Source: a virus. Taken from it: 64,000 nt of DNA. Position 1 is the first letter of the stretch. Every line of letters starts with the position of its first letter. Of this stretch, positions 44,063-54,621 are shown piece by piece. Location: IMG/VR virus record IMGVR_UViG_3300009514_000014, positions 19,956 to 83,955 of that record. One strand, given 5' to 3'. The notes beneath the pieces are model-generated. The model had not been told where the DNA came from, did no database searches, and saw nothing but the letters and a program-made list of their open reading frames with translations. Position numbers and translations under genes: made by a program.

Positions 44063-47000
44063 ATGCCCACAAATAAGTCTGAGCTGACTGCCGCCATCAA
44101 GCGGCTTAGCAGTCTTGTCTCGAGCCTCAGCGATCTGCCAGCTTCGGCGCCGGCTCCAGCCGTCGTGGTCCCGCAGGGATCCATCATTACGTTCGAGAAG
44201 AAGTACGTCGACTTAATCTGCGCCGGCAAGAAAACGCTGGTCGTCAATCCTGATAGATTGGCGCTGGATGCATCCGCCCTGCTGCTGTCGGACGGCACCA
44301 GTTTGTTCGGCAAGCTCACGTTGGCCAAAGGGCGGCCAATGCCCGTCGCCGAGTTCAGGCGGCGCAAGGCAGAGCATGGCATCCCCGATGACGAACGCAA
44401 GAAAGCTTGGCCGCAGAAGCGTCGGTTGTTCTCGCACAAGATCGAAGCGCTGGAAGTGTTCGACACACCGATCGCCAAGGACGCCACCAAGCCTCCAGAA
44501 CCGGTGCCGCGCGTGCTCGACACCTACTACAAGCGCAGCCTCCGCAAGGCGGAACTCGCCGACCTGGCCGCGAATGAAGAGGCTGTCGAGGCCTTTGATC
44601 GAATCCAAGAGCTAGCGCTGTTGCTCTCGAAGCGCGTCAAGCCTCTGGTCGAGCACACCATCGAGTTCATGCAACCACCTAAAGAGGACGAGAATCTGCT
44701 CATCGAGTTGTCGCCGATCGGTCGCCAGGTCCATGACGCCTACTCGCAGGTCATCGGAATGACCGGCACCGTGAAACGCCCCAAACAGCCGGAGACTTAC
44801 AACTCGTTCGTCGTCGCCGAGGAGCTGCTGCGCCAGATGGATATGGCGCAGAAAGTTCTGCCACCGCGCTCCTACCTGGCTGACCTCGCCCGACTGGCCT
44901 CGAAAAGGTTGGCAGCCTTTTTGAAGCTCGAGCCGCGCTTCCAAGAGGGCTCACGCCCCTTCGAGTTGCCGGAGGCGGCCAGTACCAAGAAGGCGGACTC
45001 TAAACCTGTGTTCGCCGACAGCCCAGTTGTCGACCTTGATCTTATATCACCGCACGACATCATAAAAAGCGCCGGTCGACCCTGGTTGGGTGAGCGGTCA
45101 CTGGTAGCGACAGAACTCGACCAGCTCGACAACCAACACTTGGCCGCCATGCACATTGCAATGAGTCGCACTATTGCATCGCCGTCAGTATCGGTGTCAA
45201 AGGACGAACGCGAGCTCGCCAGAAATGTGCAAAAGGCGTCACGGACTCTTCTCCTAAAACGTGGCGCCACGTTTGGAGATGAAGAACCGGAGCTACAGTG
45301 GGCGCCCCTACCAGACTTGACGGCTATCGCTGCTGCACTGCCAGATCTGCCACCGGAGCTTGATGGGAACCCTGAAGCGTCGGCGCTGGCAAAGGCCTTC
45401 GTGGATGCGTTGCCGAAGCTGAGCGAGGCCGGCATCCCGGTCGCTGCAGTGTATGACCTTGTCGCCAATAGAAGCGAGGAAGTCGAAGCAGCCGTCGACA
45501 TGGCAGCCACAGGTGAGCACTTCTTATGCGGTATCGACAAGGCAGCAACGCAACCGCACTTGAAGTTCGTCGGCACTGAGAAAGCCACACAGGGCGTACT
45601 GCAGATTCATTTCCGAGGCAAGACTGCGCACGCTGACTTCCGTTTCAAATCGGACGGGCACCTGATCGGCTACACGATGGCCGTCCAGTCCGCCGGAAAG
45701 GTACCGGAGCTGAGCAGTAAATCTGAGGCGTTCGCCTTGGCACGCAAGTTCGACGCTAAAGGCAGCGGGTGGAACAAGTCGTTCTTCGCGCCGCATAAGA
45801 TTTTCACCACGCTCAAGCCTGCGCATCCCAACCCGTGGCTAAAAGCGCACAACGTGGAGTTCGAACCAGGTGAAGTCGGTGCGACGCACAACAAGCCCGG
45901 CTACATGTTCGTGGTCGCGAAGCCAATGGTGACTCGCGGCACCGCGCATCCGCTGTTTCACGAGTACTTCTTGGAAGGCGACGCCAAATTCCGTGGTCGC
46001 CTTGTATTCCGCAAGGTCATGCAAAAGGACGTCGAAGGTGGAGACCCCCGTTTAGAGTCCGGACGACGACCGGCCAGTGGCTTCTGGGTGGCCTTGATGG
46101 CCGAGGACCTGATGCCGTACGTCTTGACGACAAAGGCAGTACGTCGCGGCAAGATCCCACCCAAGGGCTGGTCTGCACTACCGCCAGGATTGAAGGCCGT
46201 CGTGCCCAAGCAACTGCGGTACTGGCTCGCTGATAGCGAGAAGGAGCGCAAGCGGGTTCGACAAGAGCTCGTCAAGTCCAAATTCTTCACCCGTGACAAC
46301 ATCAAGATCGTTGACGGTGCTTTTCGGCGCGTCGTCGCGAAGTACTTCCTCTATCAGCCAGAGGTGGAGGTCGAAACGGAGAAGAGCGCGGAGGTCGCAG
46401 TCGAGAAGCGTGTCGGAGCTCAGCTGTGGGGCTCCACGGCAGGCAAGTCGAACATCGCCAAGCCGCTATCCACGCTATTCCCACTGCACAAGCGCTACGT
46501 GGAGCCCTTCGCTGGGGGTGCTGCACTGTTTTACGCCAAGGAGCCCGGCGCTGAGGAAGTCCTCAACGACATGGACGCCGAGGTCGCGCACGCCTTCCAG
46601 TTCGTCCGCGACATGACACCTCAGCAGCATGCAGCCCTGAAGCGCATGAACTGGGTGGGGAGCAAGGAGCAGTACAAAAAACTGGCCGAGCTCGATCCGG
46701 CCAACCCCATCGACCGCGTCTACAAGTTCATGTACATGACGACCTTCGGCTTCATGCGCAATCGACATCGCAAGACAGCTGTCGACCCGTCACGCATGGG
46801 TTCGAAGTCGACGATACCCGATCGTATCGACAAAACTCAAGCACGCCTGCAGGGCGTACACATCAGCTCGACCGACTACGCGGCTGTGATCGACAAGTAC
46901 GACGGGCCAGACACCCTGTTCTTCTTGGACCCGCCGTATGCCAAGGCGAATCAAGAAGTAGGTGAGAGTGCCTTCGACATCGATCGATTCTGGGGCACAC

Positions 47001-48469
47001 TCAAGACCATCAAGGGCAAGTTCTTGGCCACCTGCGACGTGCCGTCGCCGGACAGCTCTGGATTTCAGGTGCGAAAGTTCACCCATGCAGCCGGTGCAGG
47101 CCACCATGGTGGCACCAAGCAGTACGTGACGTACTTGATCTCCAACTACACCCTACCGGCCAAGCTCGGCAAGAACGCCCACGGTTTTCTCGAGAAGAGC
47201 GACCAGCGGCGGGACTGCTGCATGCAATGCCAAAGCGCACCAGAGATCGAATGCGTTTGGGCTGACGGTCGAGGACGTGCGTGGTTCTGCAAGACGCACT
47301 GGGATGCCTGGCGCAAGGAGTACGGCTTCGATATCAACAAGCACCGCCGAGTCATCGGCGGGGCAGTCGGCGTGCGCTATGGCGAGACGGCAGTGAACAA
47401 GAAGCTGAGCGAGAAACAAAACAAGGAGTACGAAGCCGAGACCGCCAAGATCCGCGAAAACAAGAAGCTCCCCGCAGCAGCCAAACGACACAAGTTCAAG
47501 GCTGCCGAATTCACACACAAGAACGGCCATCCGCGATGTTTGATCTGCGGCGACGAGCCCGACATGGATGGAATGTGCGAGGGGATTGAGAAGAGCGATA
47601 CCAGTAGTAGGCACCAACGCCCACCCACCGACCTTGAGGATATAGACACAGATATAGTCGGTCAAGACAAAAATTCAGAAATCCGCAAGATGGTGGGCAT
47701 CGTTTGTTCTTGCGACAAGCTGGCGGAAGATTCCTACGCTGTCGGCTACGCCGTGGGGCCAGTGGAAGCCGACTCTGGCTGGTCAGATACCGTGGAGGTT
47801 GGCAACCATCTATATGTACCCGTAGGCAAAGCGCACGTCTCGGAAGTGCCGGACATGCACGCGGTGGCCACCGGTACGGCTACGATCGAGGTACCCATTC
47901 ACGAACTTCTATACGACATATCTAAGAGTGACAGCCGACGTCTGCTGTCCTTGGCGAAAGCCGGAAGCGAGTTCGTAGATCGAGTGCCCTTCGCTGCCAG
48001 TGAGCTTACCGCCATGCTACGTGATGGTGAGACAGTGACCAGCGAGGCTGAAGTTCGCGACAGTTTGCTGAAACGGTTCGGTAGGCCAGGCGGCACGTGC
48101 TTGTCGTCGATCGTTAAGAGCTCGGATGATGAACGTTACGTGCTTGGTGTGGTACTTATTCCGGACGTTGAGGACTCTCAAGGTGATTTCTACAGTGCCG
48201 AGGAAGTCCGCAAAGCGTCTGAATACTTCATGGAATTCGCTCGCACTCTTGGGTTGATGCACGAGAGTTCGCTTGACGACACCAAGATCAAAATCCTCGA
48301 GAACTACATCGTCAAGGTCGACCAGACCATCAACGGTGTCGCAATCAAGCAGGGCACATGGATGCTAGCTGCTAGAATTATTGACGATGACTTGTGGCTC
48401 GCAGTAAAGACTGGTAGGCTCACGGGGTGGAGCATAGAGGGATCAGCTATCGCACAGCGTCTTCGCTGA
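44063..48469 (+). CDS. Polyprotein: ASCH-like, LigD-phosphoesterase-like, Dam-like adenine MTase, Zn fingers, C-terminal XkdF-like prohead protease
   Basis: YVEPFAGGAA, VLND, FFLDPPY; QIHFRG..HADFR; ERYVLGVVL.PD..DSQGD..MH..G.W..GWSIEG. Confidence 0.85.
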   Translation: MPTNKSELTAAIKRLSSLVSSLSDLPASAPAPAVVVPQGSIITFEKKYVDLICAGKKTLVVNPDRLALDASALLLSDGTSLFGKLTLAKGRPMPVAEFRRRKAEHGIPDDERKKAWPQKRRLFSHKIEALEVFDTPIAKDATKPPEPVPRVLDTYYKRSLRKAELADLAANEEAVEAFDRIQELALLLSKRVKPLVEHTIEFMQPPKEDENLLIELSPIGRQVHDAYSQVIGMTGTVKRPKQPETYNSFVVAEELLRQMDMAQKVLPPRSYLADLARLASKRLAAFLKLEPRFQEGSRPFELPEAASTKKADSKPVFADSPVVDLDLISPHDIIKSAGRPWLGERSLVATELDQLDNQHLAAMHIAMSRTIASPSVSVSKDERELARNVQKASRTLLLKRGATFGDEEPELQWAPLPDLTAIAAALPDLPPELDGNPEASALAKAFVDALPKLSEAGIPVAAVYDLVANRSEEVEAAVDMAATGEHFLCGIDKAATQPHLKFVGTEKATQGVLQIHFRGKTAHADFRFKSDGHLIGYTMAVQSAGKVPELSSKSEAFALARKFDAKGSGWNKSFFAPHKIFTTLKPAHPNPWLKAHNVEFEPGEVGATHNKPGYMFVVAKPMVTRGTAHPLFHEYFLEGDAKFRGRLVFRKVMQKDVEGGDPRLESGRRPASGFWVALMAEDLMPYVLTTKAVRRGKIPPKGWSALPPGLKAVVPKQLRYWLADSEKERKRVRQELVKSKFFTRDNIKIVDGAFRRVVAKYFLYQPEVEVETEKSAEVAVEKRVGAQLWGSTAGKSNIAKPLSTLFPLHKRYVEPFAGGAALFYAKEPGAEEVLNDMDAEVAHAFQFVRDMTPQQHAALKRMNWVGSKEQYKKLAELDPANPIDRVYKFMYMTTFGFMRNRHRKTAVDPSRMGSKSTIPDRIDKTQARLQGVHISSTDYAAVIDKYDGPDTLFFLDPPYAKANQEVGESAFDIDRFWGTLKTIKGKFLATCDVPSPDSSGFQVRKFTHAAGAGHHGGTKQYVTYLISNYTLPAKLGKNAHGFLEKSDQRRDCCMQCQSAPEIECVWADGRGRAWFCKTHWDAWRKEYGFDINKHRRVIGGAVGVRYGETAVNKKLSEKQNKEYEAETAKIRENKKLPAAAKRHKFKAAEFTHKNGHPRCLICGDEPDMDGMCEGIEKSDTSSRHQRPPTDLEDIDTDIVGQDKNSEIRKMVGIVCSCDKLAEDSYAVGYAVGPVEADSGWSDTVEVGNHLYVPVGKAHVSEVPDMHAVATGTATIEVPIHELLYDISKSDSRRLLSLAKAGSEFVDRVPFAASELTAMLRDGETVTSEAEVRDSLLKRFGRPGGTCLSSIVKSSDDERYVLGVVLIPDVEDSQGDFYSAEEVRKASEYFMEFARTLGLMHESSLDDTKIKILENYIVKVDQTINGVAIKQGTWMLAARIIDDDLWLAVKTGRLTGWSIEGSAIAQRLR

Positions 48470-48542
48470 GTTTGTTTCCGGGGAATCCCCAAAGAACTAT
48501 CTTGACTTCCAGCCCTCAGGGCTGCCAAATTAGCAATTGACT

Positions 48543-50075
48543 ATGCCACGCGAGTTCGATAGATTAGCTCCGCACCGTCAAAAGCGACGTCTAAGTGACA
48601 TCGAGCCTGAAAAGGTAGATCTTGTCGATAGAGCGGCCAACCAAACCCGTTGGGTCGTTGTCAAGCAGGAGGATAGAATGCCAGGACCAACGCTCACGCC
48701 AGCAGCTGGAGGCGGATTCAATACTCCCGCAGCTGCCAACCTCATTCAAGCCGAAGAGGCTTTGGCGAAACTGACAACGGCTGTCACCGCGTTTCGCGAC
48801 AAGCTCGCCAAGGGCGAGGAAGCCGATGCCAGTGAAGCTCTGGCCGCGACGCAAGCCGCTGCCGCCGAGTTGGCCGAGAAGGCCGAAGGGGGCATCAAGG
48901 CCGCGTTGACGCAAGTCGCCGAGTTGGCCGCTGAGTTGGCCGCCGTCGAAGACATGCCAGCAGAAGAGATGGCCGTCAAGATCAAAGAGTTGATGACCAT
49001 GCTCGAGACCGCCGTCAATGGCGGCGAAGCCGACGATCCGGCAAAGAACGCCGCGCCGCCCCCCGCAGCAGCACCTCCCGTCGATCCAACAGCAACCCCA
49101 GCACCGGCCGCCACCGACAAAAACGCGGATGGCGCCCTGGCCGCAGCCCTTCGGACCGTGTCTGACAGCTGCGTCGAGTTGGCCGGACGGTTGAACGACC
49201 AAGACGGTATCGCCAAGGCGGAAGTCACGAGTGCAAAGGGCATCGCCGATCAGCTCGACGCGATGGTGACCAAGATGGCCATCGTCAAGAGCGAAACTGC
49301 ACCGCGTCTGCCCGACGTGTTCGGGACCGAGTCGCCGCTGCACGCCGAAATCGCCAAGGGCGCTATCGAAGTGCTCCGTGACATCGCCGGTCGCGCGGCC
49401 ACGGTCGCCAAGATGGTCGACGGTGTCGATCCTTCAGACGCAAGCAAAAAAGAAATCGGTGTTCTGGCTCAGTTGGCAACCGCTCTTCAGGAGCGAATGC
49501 CCACGTTCACCGCGAAAGCCGCTACGACGTTGCAGGAGAGCATCTCCAACACCGCGATGCGTATCCTCAACCTCTCCGATCGCGTGGCCAAGTCGACCTT
49601 CGCCGATGCAGTCGCCTTGCGCGAGTTCGCCAACACCCGCACGCTCATCGACGCCGTGATCGCCAAGCAAGTCGATGGCGGAACGCCCTCGATGACCGAT
49701 CTCGGTCAGGTCCTTCAGGCCGACAAGTGGCTCGGAGACTTCGAGCGCCGTGTCGCCGCCCACGAGACGGCTTCGGCCGCGCCGGCACCTGCTCCGGCCG
49801 CACCTGCGGTCCCGGCTACTCCACCGGCCACCGTCGCCAAGTCCGCCGATCCCGCAAGCGATGCGTTCAAAACCAAGTTCGAAGCGCTCAAAACGCAGAT
49901 GAATGAGATGCAGACGGCTATCTCTAAAGCCGCCGGCATCACACCGCCACCGGCAGCCGGTGGAGGCGAAGGCGACAAGGGCGGCCAGTCGGAGTACGAG
50001 TTGTTCCCCGATAATTTCAACGATCCCGCTTTCAAAGCGGAAGTCGCGAAACGTGAACAGGCCCCAAACGGCTAG
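48543..50075 (+). CDS. Scaffolding protein
   Basis: RL.D....VDLVDRAAN N-terminus; Ala-rich helical body; directly upstream of the capsid gene. Confidence 0.75.
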   Translation: MPREFDRLAPHRQKRRLSDIEPEKVDLVDRAANQTRWVVVKQEDRMPGPTLTPAAGGGFNTPAAANLIQAEEALAKLTTAVTAFRDKLAKGEEADASEALAATQAAAAELAEKAEGGIKAALTQVAELAAELAAVEDMPAEEMAVKIKELMTMLETAVNGGEADDPAKNAAPPPAAAPPVDPTATPAPAATDKNADGALAAALRTVSDSCVELAGRLNDQDGIAKAEVTSAKGIADQLDAMVTKMAIVKSETAPRLPDVFGTESPLHAEIAKGAIEVLRDIAGRAATVAKMVDGVDPSDASKKEIGVLAQLATALQERMPTFTAKAATTLQESISNTAMRILNLSDRVAKSTFADAVALREFANTRTLIDAVIAKQVDGGTPSMTDLGQVLQADKWLGDFERRVAAHETASAAPAPAPAAPAVPATPPATVAKSADPASDAFKTKFEALKTQMNEMQTAISKAAGITPPPAAGGGEGDKGGQSEYELFPDNFNDPAFKAEVAKREQAPNG

Positions 50076-50142
50076 TTAACACTAGGCCGTTGTTGCCTGC
50101 CGGAAACTCCGGTACTGCACGCAGGCCTTTAGGAGGAATCTG

Positions 50143-51066
50143 ATGCCACAAGATAACCGAACCCTCCTCCGCAAAGCGGAGCTGGAAGTCGCAGACTTCA
50201 CCAATAAGGGTCTGCTCAACAGCGAGCAAGCCAGCAAGTTCATCCAGCTGGCGATCAAGGAGCCCGTGCTGTTGCAAGACGTCACGGTCACCTCGATGAA
50301 GGCGTTCAAAGAGGAACGCGACAAGATGCGTTTCGCGAATCGCGTGTTGCGTGGCGGCCAAGAATCGACGCCGCTACCCAATGCTTCCTGGGCTACACCG
50401 ACGCTCGGCATGTTCGAGCTCGACGCCCAACTCTTCAAGGCCGAAGTTCGCATGTCGGACGAAGTCCTCGAAGACCAGATCGAGCGTGGCACCTTCCAGA
50501 CCACACTGATGAAATCTTTGGCGAAAGCCATCGGTCGCGACATGGAGTACGTCGCGATTCAAGGCGACACCGCCTCCGCCGATCCGACCCTCGCAAAACT
50601 GGATGGCATCCTAAAGCAGGTCGCCACCCATGTCGTCAACGCGGCTTCGGCCAAGTTGACCAAAACTATCCTGCGCGACATGATGCGCACCATGCCCGAC
50701 GAGTTCGCCAACAACCCGAACTTGAAGTACTACACCAATCGGGCGGCGCGCATCGACTACCGCGATTCACTCGGCGACCGCGCCACTGGCCTGGGCGATC
50801 TCATGATCCAAACCCAGGGCAAGACGCAGTACTCCGACTACCCCGTCGAGCAAGTTCCGGAATTCCCGGTGGACGGCTCGGACAACACGCAGGCGCTCTT
50901 CATCGACCCCGAGAGCATCTACTTGGGCATCCTGCGCGACATCAAAGTCAAGGTCGCCGAAGACATTTCGGCGGGCACCGTCATCATCGTGGTGACAACC
51001 CGTTTCGACGTCAAAGTCGCCGAGACCGCAGCGGTCGTGAAGGCCATCAACCTCAAGGGCGCGTAA
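50143..51066 (+). CDS. Major capsid protein (HK97 fold, XkdG-like)
   Basis: GLLN.EQA.KFI, EVLED.IE, DME..I.GD, DG.LK; AGGAGG RBS. Confidence 0.92.
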   Translation: MPQDNRTLLRKAELEVADFTNKGLLNSEQASKFIQLAIKEPVLLQDVTVTSMKAFKEERDKMRFANRVLRGGQESTPLPNASWATPTLGMFELDAQLFKAEVRMSDEVLEDQIERGTFQTTLMKSLAKAIGRDMEYVAIQGDTASADPTLAKLDGILKQVATHVVNAASAKLTKTILRDMMRTMPDEFANNPNLKYYTNRAARIDYRDSLGDRATGLGDLMIQTQGKTQYSDYPVEQVPEFPVDGSDNTQALFIDPESIYLGILRDIKVKVAEDISAGTVIIVVTTRFDVKVAETAAVVKAINLKGA

Positions 51067-51102
51067 GCATTCTAAGGTTGCAACGTTAATCTGTGTCTGC
51101 AG

Positions 51103-51133
51103 CATGGCCTGAGGGGATGCCCCTCAGGCCGTG
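51103..51133 (+). terminator. Strong hairpin after the capsid gene (terminator or stabiliser)
   Basis: CATGGCCTGAGGGG-ATG-CCCCTCAGGCCGTG. Confidence 0.55.
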
Positions 51134-51165
51134 ACCGCAGATAGCGAAATACTCGGAGGAACCAA

Positions 51166-51492
51166 ATGGCACTCGGAACAATGACCCTCACCAATGACGA
51201 GCGCAAGGGTGCATCGGCACCTCTGGCTGCCGCAGAGATCAGCTTTCTCGGCGACACGGCGTATCCGACAGGCGGATCGACGGGTTTCCAAGCTCTCGTT
51301 CGAACCTTGTTGCAGCGCAACGTGACGATCTTGGCCGTCGTTCCGGTCGGCTTGTCGATCTACACGCCGATCTACGACAAGGCCAATGACACCTTGATCA
51401 TGGTCGAAGGCACGGCCGGCGCCAACGCTGAAGTCGGCGCAGCGACGGCGATGGACGGCATCACCTTCAAACTACTGGTGCTTTACTTCTAA
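51166..51492 (+). CDS. Capsid decoration-like protein
   Basis: YPTGG..YD..EV motifs; position after capsid. Confidence 0.7.
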   Translation: MALGTMTLTNDERKGASAPLAAAEISFLGDTAYPTGGSTGFQALVRTLLQRNVTILAVVPVGLSIYTPIYDKANDTLIMVEGTAGANAEVGAATAMDGITFKLLVLYF

Positions 51493-51582
51493 GTGAGCGA
51501 CTGTAGTTGCCAATAACACACGATAAGGCTGGCGCCATGACGGTGATCAGCCTTATCGGCGTATTACACGCGAGGTACAGAA

Positions 51583-52047
51583 ATGGCACAAGAATTTTGC
51601 GCGCGCCTCTTTCCAGTGGCACACAATCTCGGCTACTTCGTCGAGACTTACTCCCTTCGTGGTCAAAAGTTCACCGGCGGCAGACGTCCGACGTGGTACA
51701 CGATCACGGCAGCACAAAAAGCCGAGCTCGAGGTGCTGAAGCAAGACCAGTACGACGTTCGGTCGCGAATGCTGTTCGAGATCGTCACCCCTGAAGAAAA
51801 AGCCGTCATCGAGCAGCAAGACCGCGAGAAGTACATGGCCATGCTCGGCGTCACCACTTCGACTGTCGCCCTGCCGCAATCTTCATCGTTGGCGCAGACT
51901 CGTGACATTCGACCAGCTGACGCGCAAGCAGATCCGCCACCAGCCGGTCGGGCAGCAGCTCTGCCACCATCGAATGTCGGTGAAGGTGGCGCCCTCACGA
52001 CGGAGTCTCTGCCGTCCATTCCGACGCCGAATGCAACAGAGGGGTAA
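51583..52047 (+). CDS. Hypothetical protein
   Basis: GAGGT RBS. Confidence 0.7.
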   Translation: MAQEFCARLFPVAHNLGYFVETYSLRGQKFTGGRRPTWYTITAAQKAELEVLKQDQYDVRSRMLFEIVTPEEKAVIEQQDREKYMAMLGVTTSTVALPQSSSLAQTRDIRPADAQADPPPAGRAAALPPSNVGEGGALTTESLPSIPTPNATEG

Positions 52048-52060
52048 CGGCCACGGACGT

Positions 52061-52375
52061 GTGAGCGCAGGCCAGTCCGAGTCGCGACGTTCGTTAAGCA
52101 AAACATTGGCCTATAAGGCCCTCCCTGGGGGCCTTGTTGAAGTCTACGACTTGGACTTCGCCGCATTTTGCTTGCTCAAAGAATTGGCGATTGCCGACAT
52201 GATCAAAGAGGGGGGTCATCGCGGCCCTCCTCGTTTTCGCTTCGTGTTCAAAACCGAGGATGCGGCCGTAGATAAATGCGCTGTGGAGTACATCAACTCC
52301 GACTGCGCGCGCTTCGCTGACTGCGTTCGGCGGCTGAAGAAGACCACTCGACAGACGGGGACACGTGAGCGGTAA
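52061..52375 (+). CDS. DUF5659-like protein
   Basis: DL.FAAFC..F.F.F..Y.N..F...R.LK. Confidence 0.65.
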   Translation: MSAGQSESRRSLSKTLAYKALPGGLVEVYDLDFAAFCLLKELAIADMIKEGGHRGPPRFRFVFKTEDAAVDKCAVEYINSDCARFADCVRRLKKTTRQTGTRER

Positions 52376-53421
52376 TGAACGGCGTCGTCAAAGGCATCAC
52401 GACCTCCTGCGATATTCCACTTTTGCCTTTCTTCTACCAGGTTGAGGGCATTCTCACCGACGTCTTCGCACTGCGCTATGAGGTCTACAAGGTAGGAGTA
52501 GTTGCTGAGGTCGACTCGGGCACGTCGACGATGACGCTCTGCTCCGCTGGCGGTCACAAGGTAAGCGATGGTTACTACATCGCGCCGGTGGATACGTCGG
52601 CTTTCGATCTTGGCGCCCACGAGATGGTCTGGTTTTACACTCCAACCGATGGCGGTACCGAGTACACGGCGTCATATCGTTTCGAGGTTCTTGACCCTGC
52701 GTACTTTCGTGTCAGTGCAAGTTACAAGAGTTATGTCGGGTCTGACGTCGAATCGCTCACGGCGTACCCCATTCACACGCGCCAGCAGGCCCTTCACGCA
52801 GCTTCGCGCGAGGTAGACCGGTTGACGGGGCGTTTCTTCTCGCCAATCCACATGGACGTCCTGCACAGCGTGAGACCCGATTCCTCGATGATCTGGATCG
52901 ACCAGCCCATCATCGGTGTCAGCGCATTGACTATCGAATCGGCAGGTGTCGTCGTCGGTGAACTCCAGTCCTACGACTTGAGCACCGAAAGCGTCAAAGT
53001 GTTCAACCGGCATCTAGCCAATTTGCTCACGCCGGACGATCGCGACAACCCAAAAATCCAGTTCTCTCAGGTAGGAAATCCAGCAGAAGGTATTGCGCCG
53101 TCAAGGTTCCCCTCAGGGGTGAAGAACATCCGCATCACGGGGGCCTTCGGTTACACCGATCCCGATGGCGGCCCATTCGGTATGACGCCGTTGCCCATCG
53201 TCGACGTGGTGACAGTGCTTGCCTATCGTCAACTGGTCGACCCCTTAGGCTCCGACCCGTTCCTACAGAATCCTGGCCGCGTGAAAATGGCCAAGACTCG
53301 CGATCAACAGATCGCATTTGATACGTCAGCGTCGAGCTCCGCGACGATGACAGGTGACGCACGCCTCGATAACATCCTCTTGGATTACTTCAGGCCTACG
53401 CACGTAGGGTCAGCGGGGTGA
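52375..53421 (+). CDS. Head-tail adaptor
   Basis: AS..VD..TGRFF, FP.G..NI.I.G.FGY, TGD..D.IL..Y. Confidence 0.85.
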   Translation: MNGVVKGITTSCDIPLLPFFYQVEGILTDVFALRYEVYKVGVVAEVDSGTSTMTLCSAGGHKVSDGYYIAPVDTSAFDLGAHEMVWFYTPTDGGTEYTASYRFEVLDPAYFRVSASYKSYVGSDVESLTAYPIHTRQQALHAASREVDRLTGRFFSPIHMDVLHSVRPDSSMIWIDQPIIGVSALTIESAGVVVGELQSYDLSTESVKVFNRHLANLLTPDDRDNPKIQFSQVGNPAEGIAPSRFPSGVKNIRITGAFGYTDPDGGPFGMTPLPIVDVVTVLAYRQLVDPLGSDPFLQNPGRVKMAKTRDQQIAFDTSASSSATMTGDARLDNILLDYFRPTHVGSAG

Positions 53422-53425
53422 TAAA

Positions 53426-53959
53426 ATGTTCAGCGTCCCATTGCTGCTCAACGTCTCTTTGGCAGTCATTCATCGACTGAGTCCGGCATCCACCGACGAT
53501 GCTGCGCCCTTCGCAGGCCAGACGACAGGCTACGACGACGACTTTCAGGAACCGGTAGTCTACGCCGACGATCGTGCGGGCGGCGTTACGGTTCGCGAGA
53601 CAGCACGCATCGAGCTGCCGCCCATCAGGGTGCCTTGCCAATTTGAGCCAGTGAAGCTCGAGGAGTTGCGCCAGCGTTTTTCAGGCGACATGCCGAGTTC
53701 ACACATTCAGCTAGTGCTGCATCGGCAAGACCTGACGCTCATGAAACTTATCGACACTTACACCGGTGCACCCCTGTTGAAGGTAAATGATCGCGTGGAG
53801 CGTCTCGAGGCACGCAGCAACCCTGGCAAGTCGACGATTCCATTCAAGGCACCGGGGCTCTACATCTTCGAGATCAGTCCGGCCTCGGCCGGCTTCGGCG
53901 ACGCGGGGCACGACCTTTACCTGGCGTTTTTGCACGAGCGAGAGCGTGTTCTTGCATGA
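53426..53959 (+). CDS. Head-closure protein
   Basis: GYD.DF.EP motif; position. Confidence 0.75.
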   Translation: MFSVPLLLNVSLAVIHRLSPASTDDAAPFAGQTTGYDDDFQEPVVYADDRAGGVTVRETARIELPPIRVPCQFEPVKLEELRQRFSGDMPSSHIQLVLHRQDLTLMKLIDTYTGAPLLKVNDRVERLEARSNPGKSTIPFKAPGLYIFEISPASAGFGDAGHDLYLAFLHERERVLA

Positions 53960-54621
53960 TGGTGGTTACGCTCAGTGGGGACTTGCAGAAGGCGACTAAC
54001 GTCTTGAAGGAGATTCAAGCGCGCAATAAGCAAGCTGTCGATTTTGCTCTGCGAGAGCTCGCCAAGAGGATGATGACGAACCTGAAGACGAGCATTCGAG
54101 GGGGCAAGCTCACAGGGAAAAATCTAGCTTCGGCCACGCTGCTCAAGCGCAAGTTTGGTAAGCAGGCCGGCGGGCCAGGAAGTTCGACGCCCTTCGGTGT
54201 CCCCACCTACCAGGGCGCAATGCCGTTGCATCAATCCGGCGCACTCGCCAACGCTATCTGGTGGCGAAATGAGGGACCGACGAGGAAGAAAGTAGAGATT
54301 CGTTCTGGCGCTCTCGGTCCGCAAGGACAAAGTCTGCAAGACATCGCAATCGCGCAAGAGTTCGGATTCACAGCTTCCATACCGATGAGCAAGCGCATGC
54401 TATCGTATTTATTGCTGCTATACGGTAGAATCACACCAAAGAGAAGTAGCGGCAAGCGCAACGACGACCCTGACAAGCTGACTGGCAGGGTGATCCACGT
54501 AGTAGTCCCACCAAGACCGGTCTGGGCTACCACGTGGAATTTGTCGCTGACGTTCATGCCGATGTGGTTCACCAAAAGTTGGGTGAAACATCTACGCCTC
54601 AGTGACGGAGTGTGGTCCTAA
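53956..54621 (+). CDS. Neck/tail completion protein
   Basis: PL..SG.L..I, IA..QEFG, PPRP. Confidence 0.8.
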   Translation: MMVVTLSGDLQKATNVLKEIQARNKQAVDFALRELAKRMMTNLKTSIRGGKLTGKNLASATLLKRKFGKQAGGPGSSTPFGVPTYQGAMPLHQSGALANAIWWRNEGPTRKKVEIRSGALGPQGQSLQDIAIAQEFGFTASIPMSKRMLSYLLLLYGRITPKRSSGKRNDDPDKLTGRVIHVVVPPRPVWATTWNLSLTFMPMWFTKSWVKHLRLSDGVWS

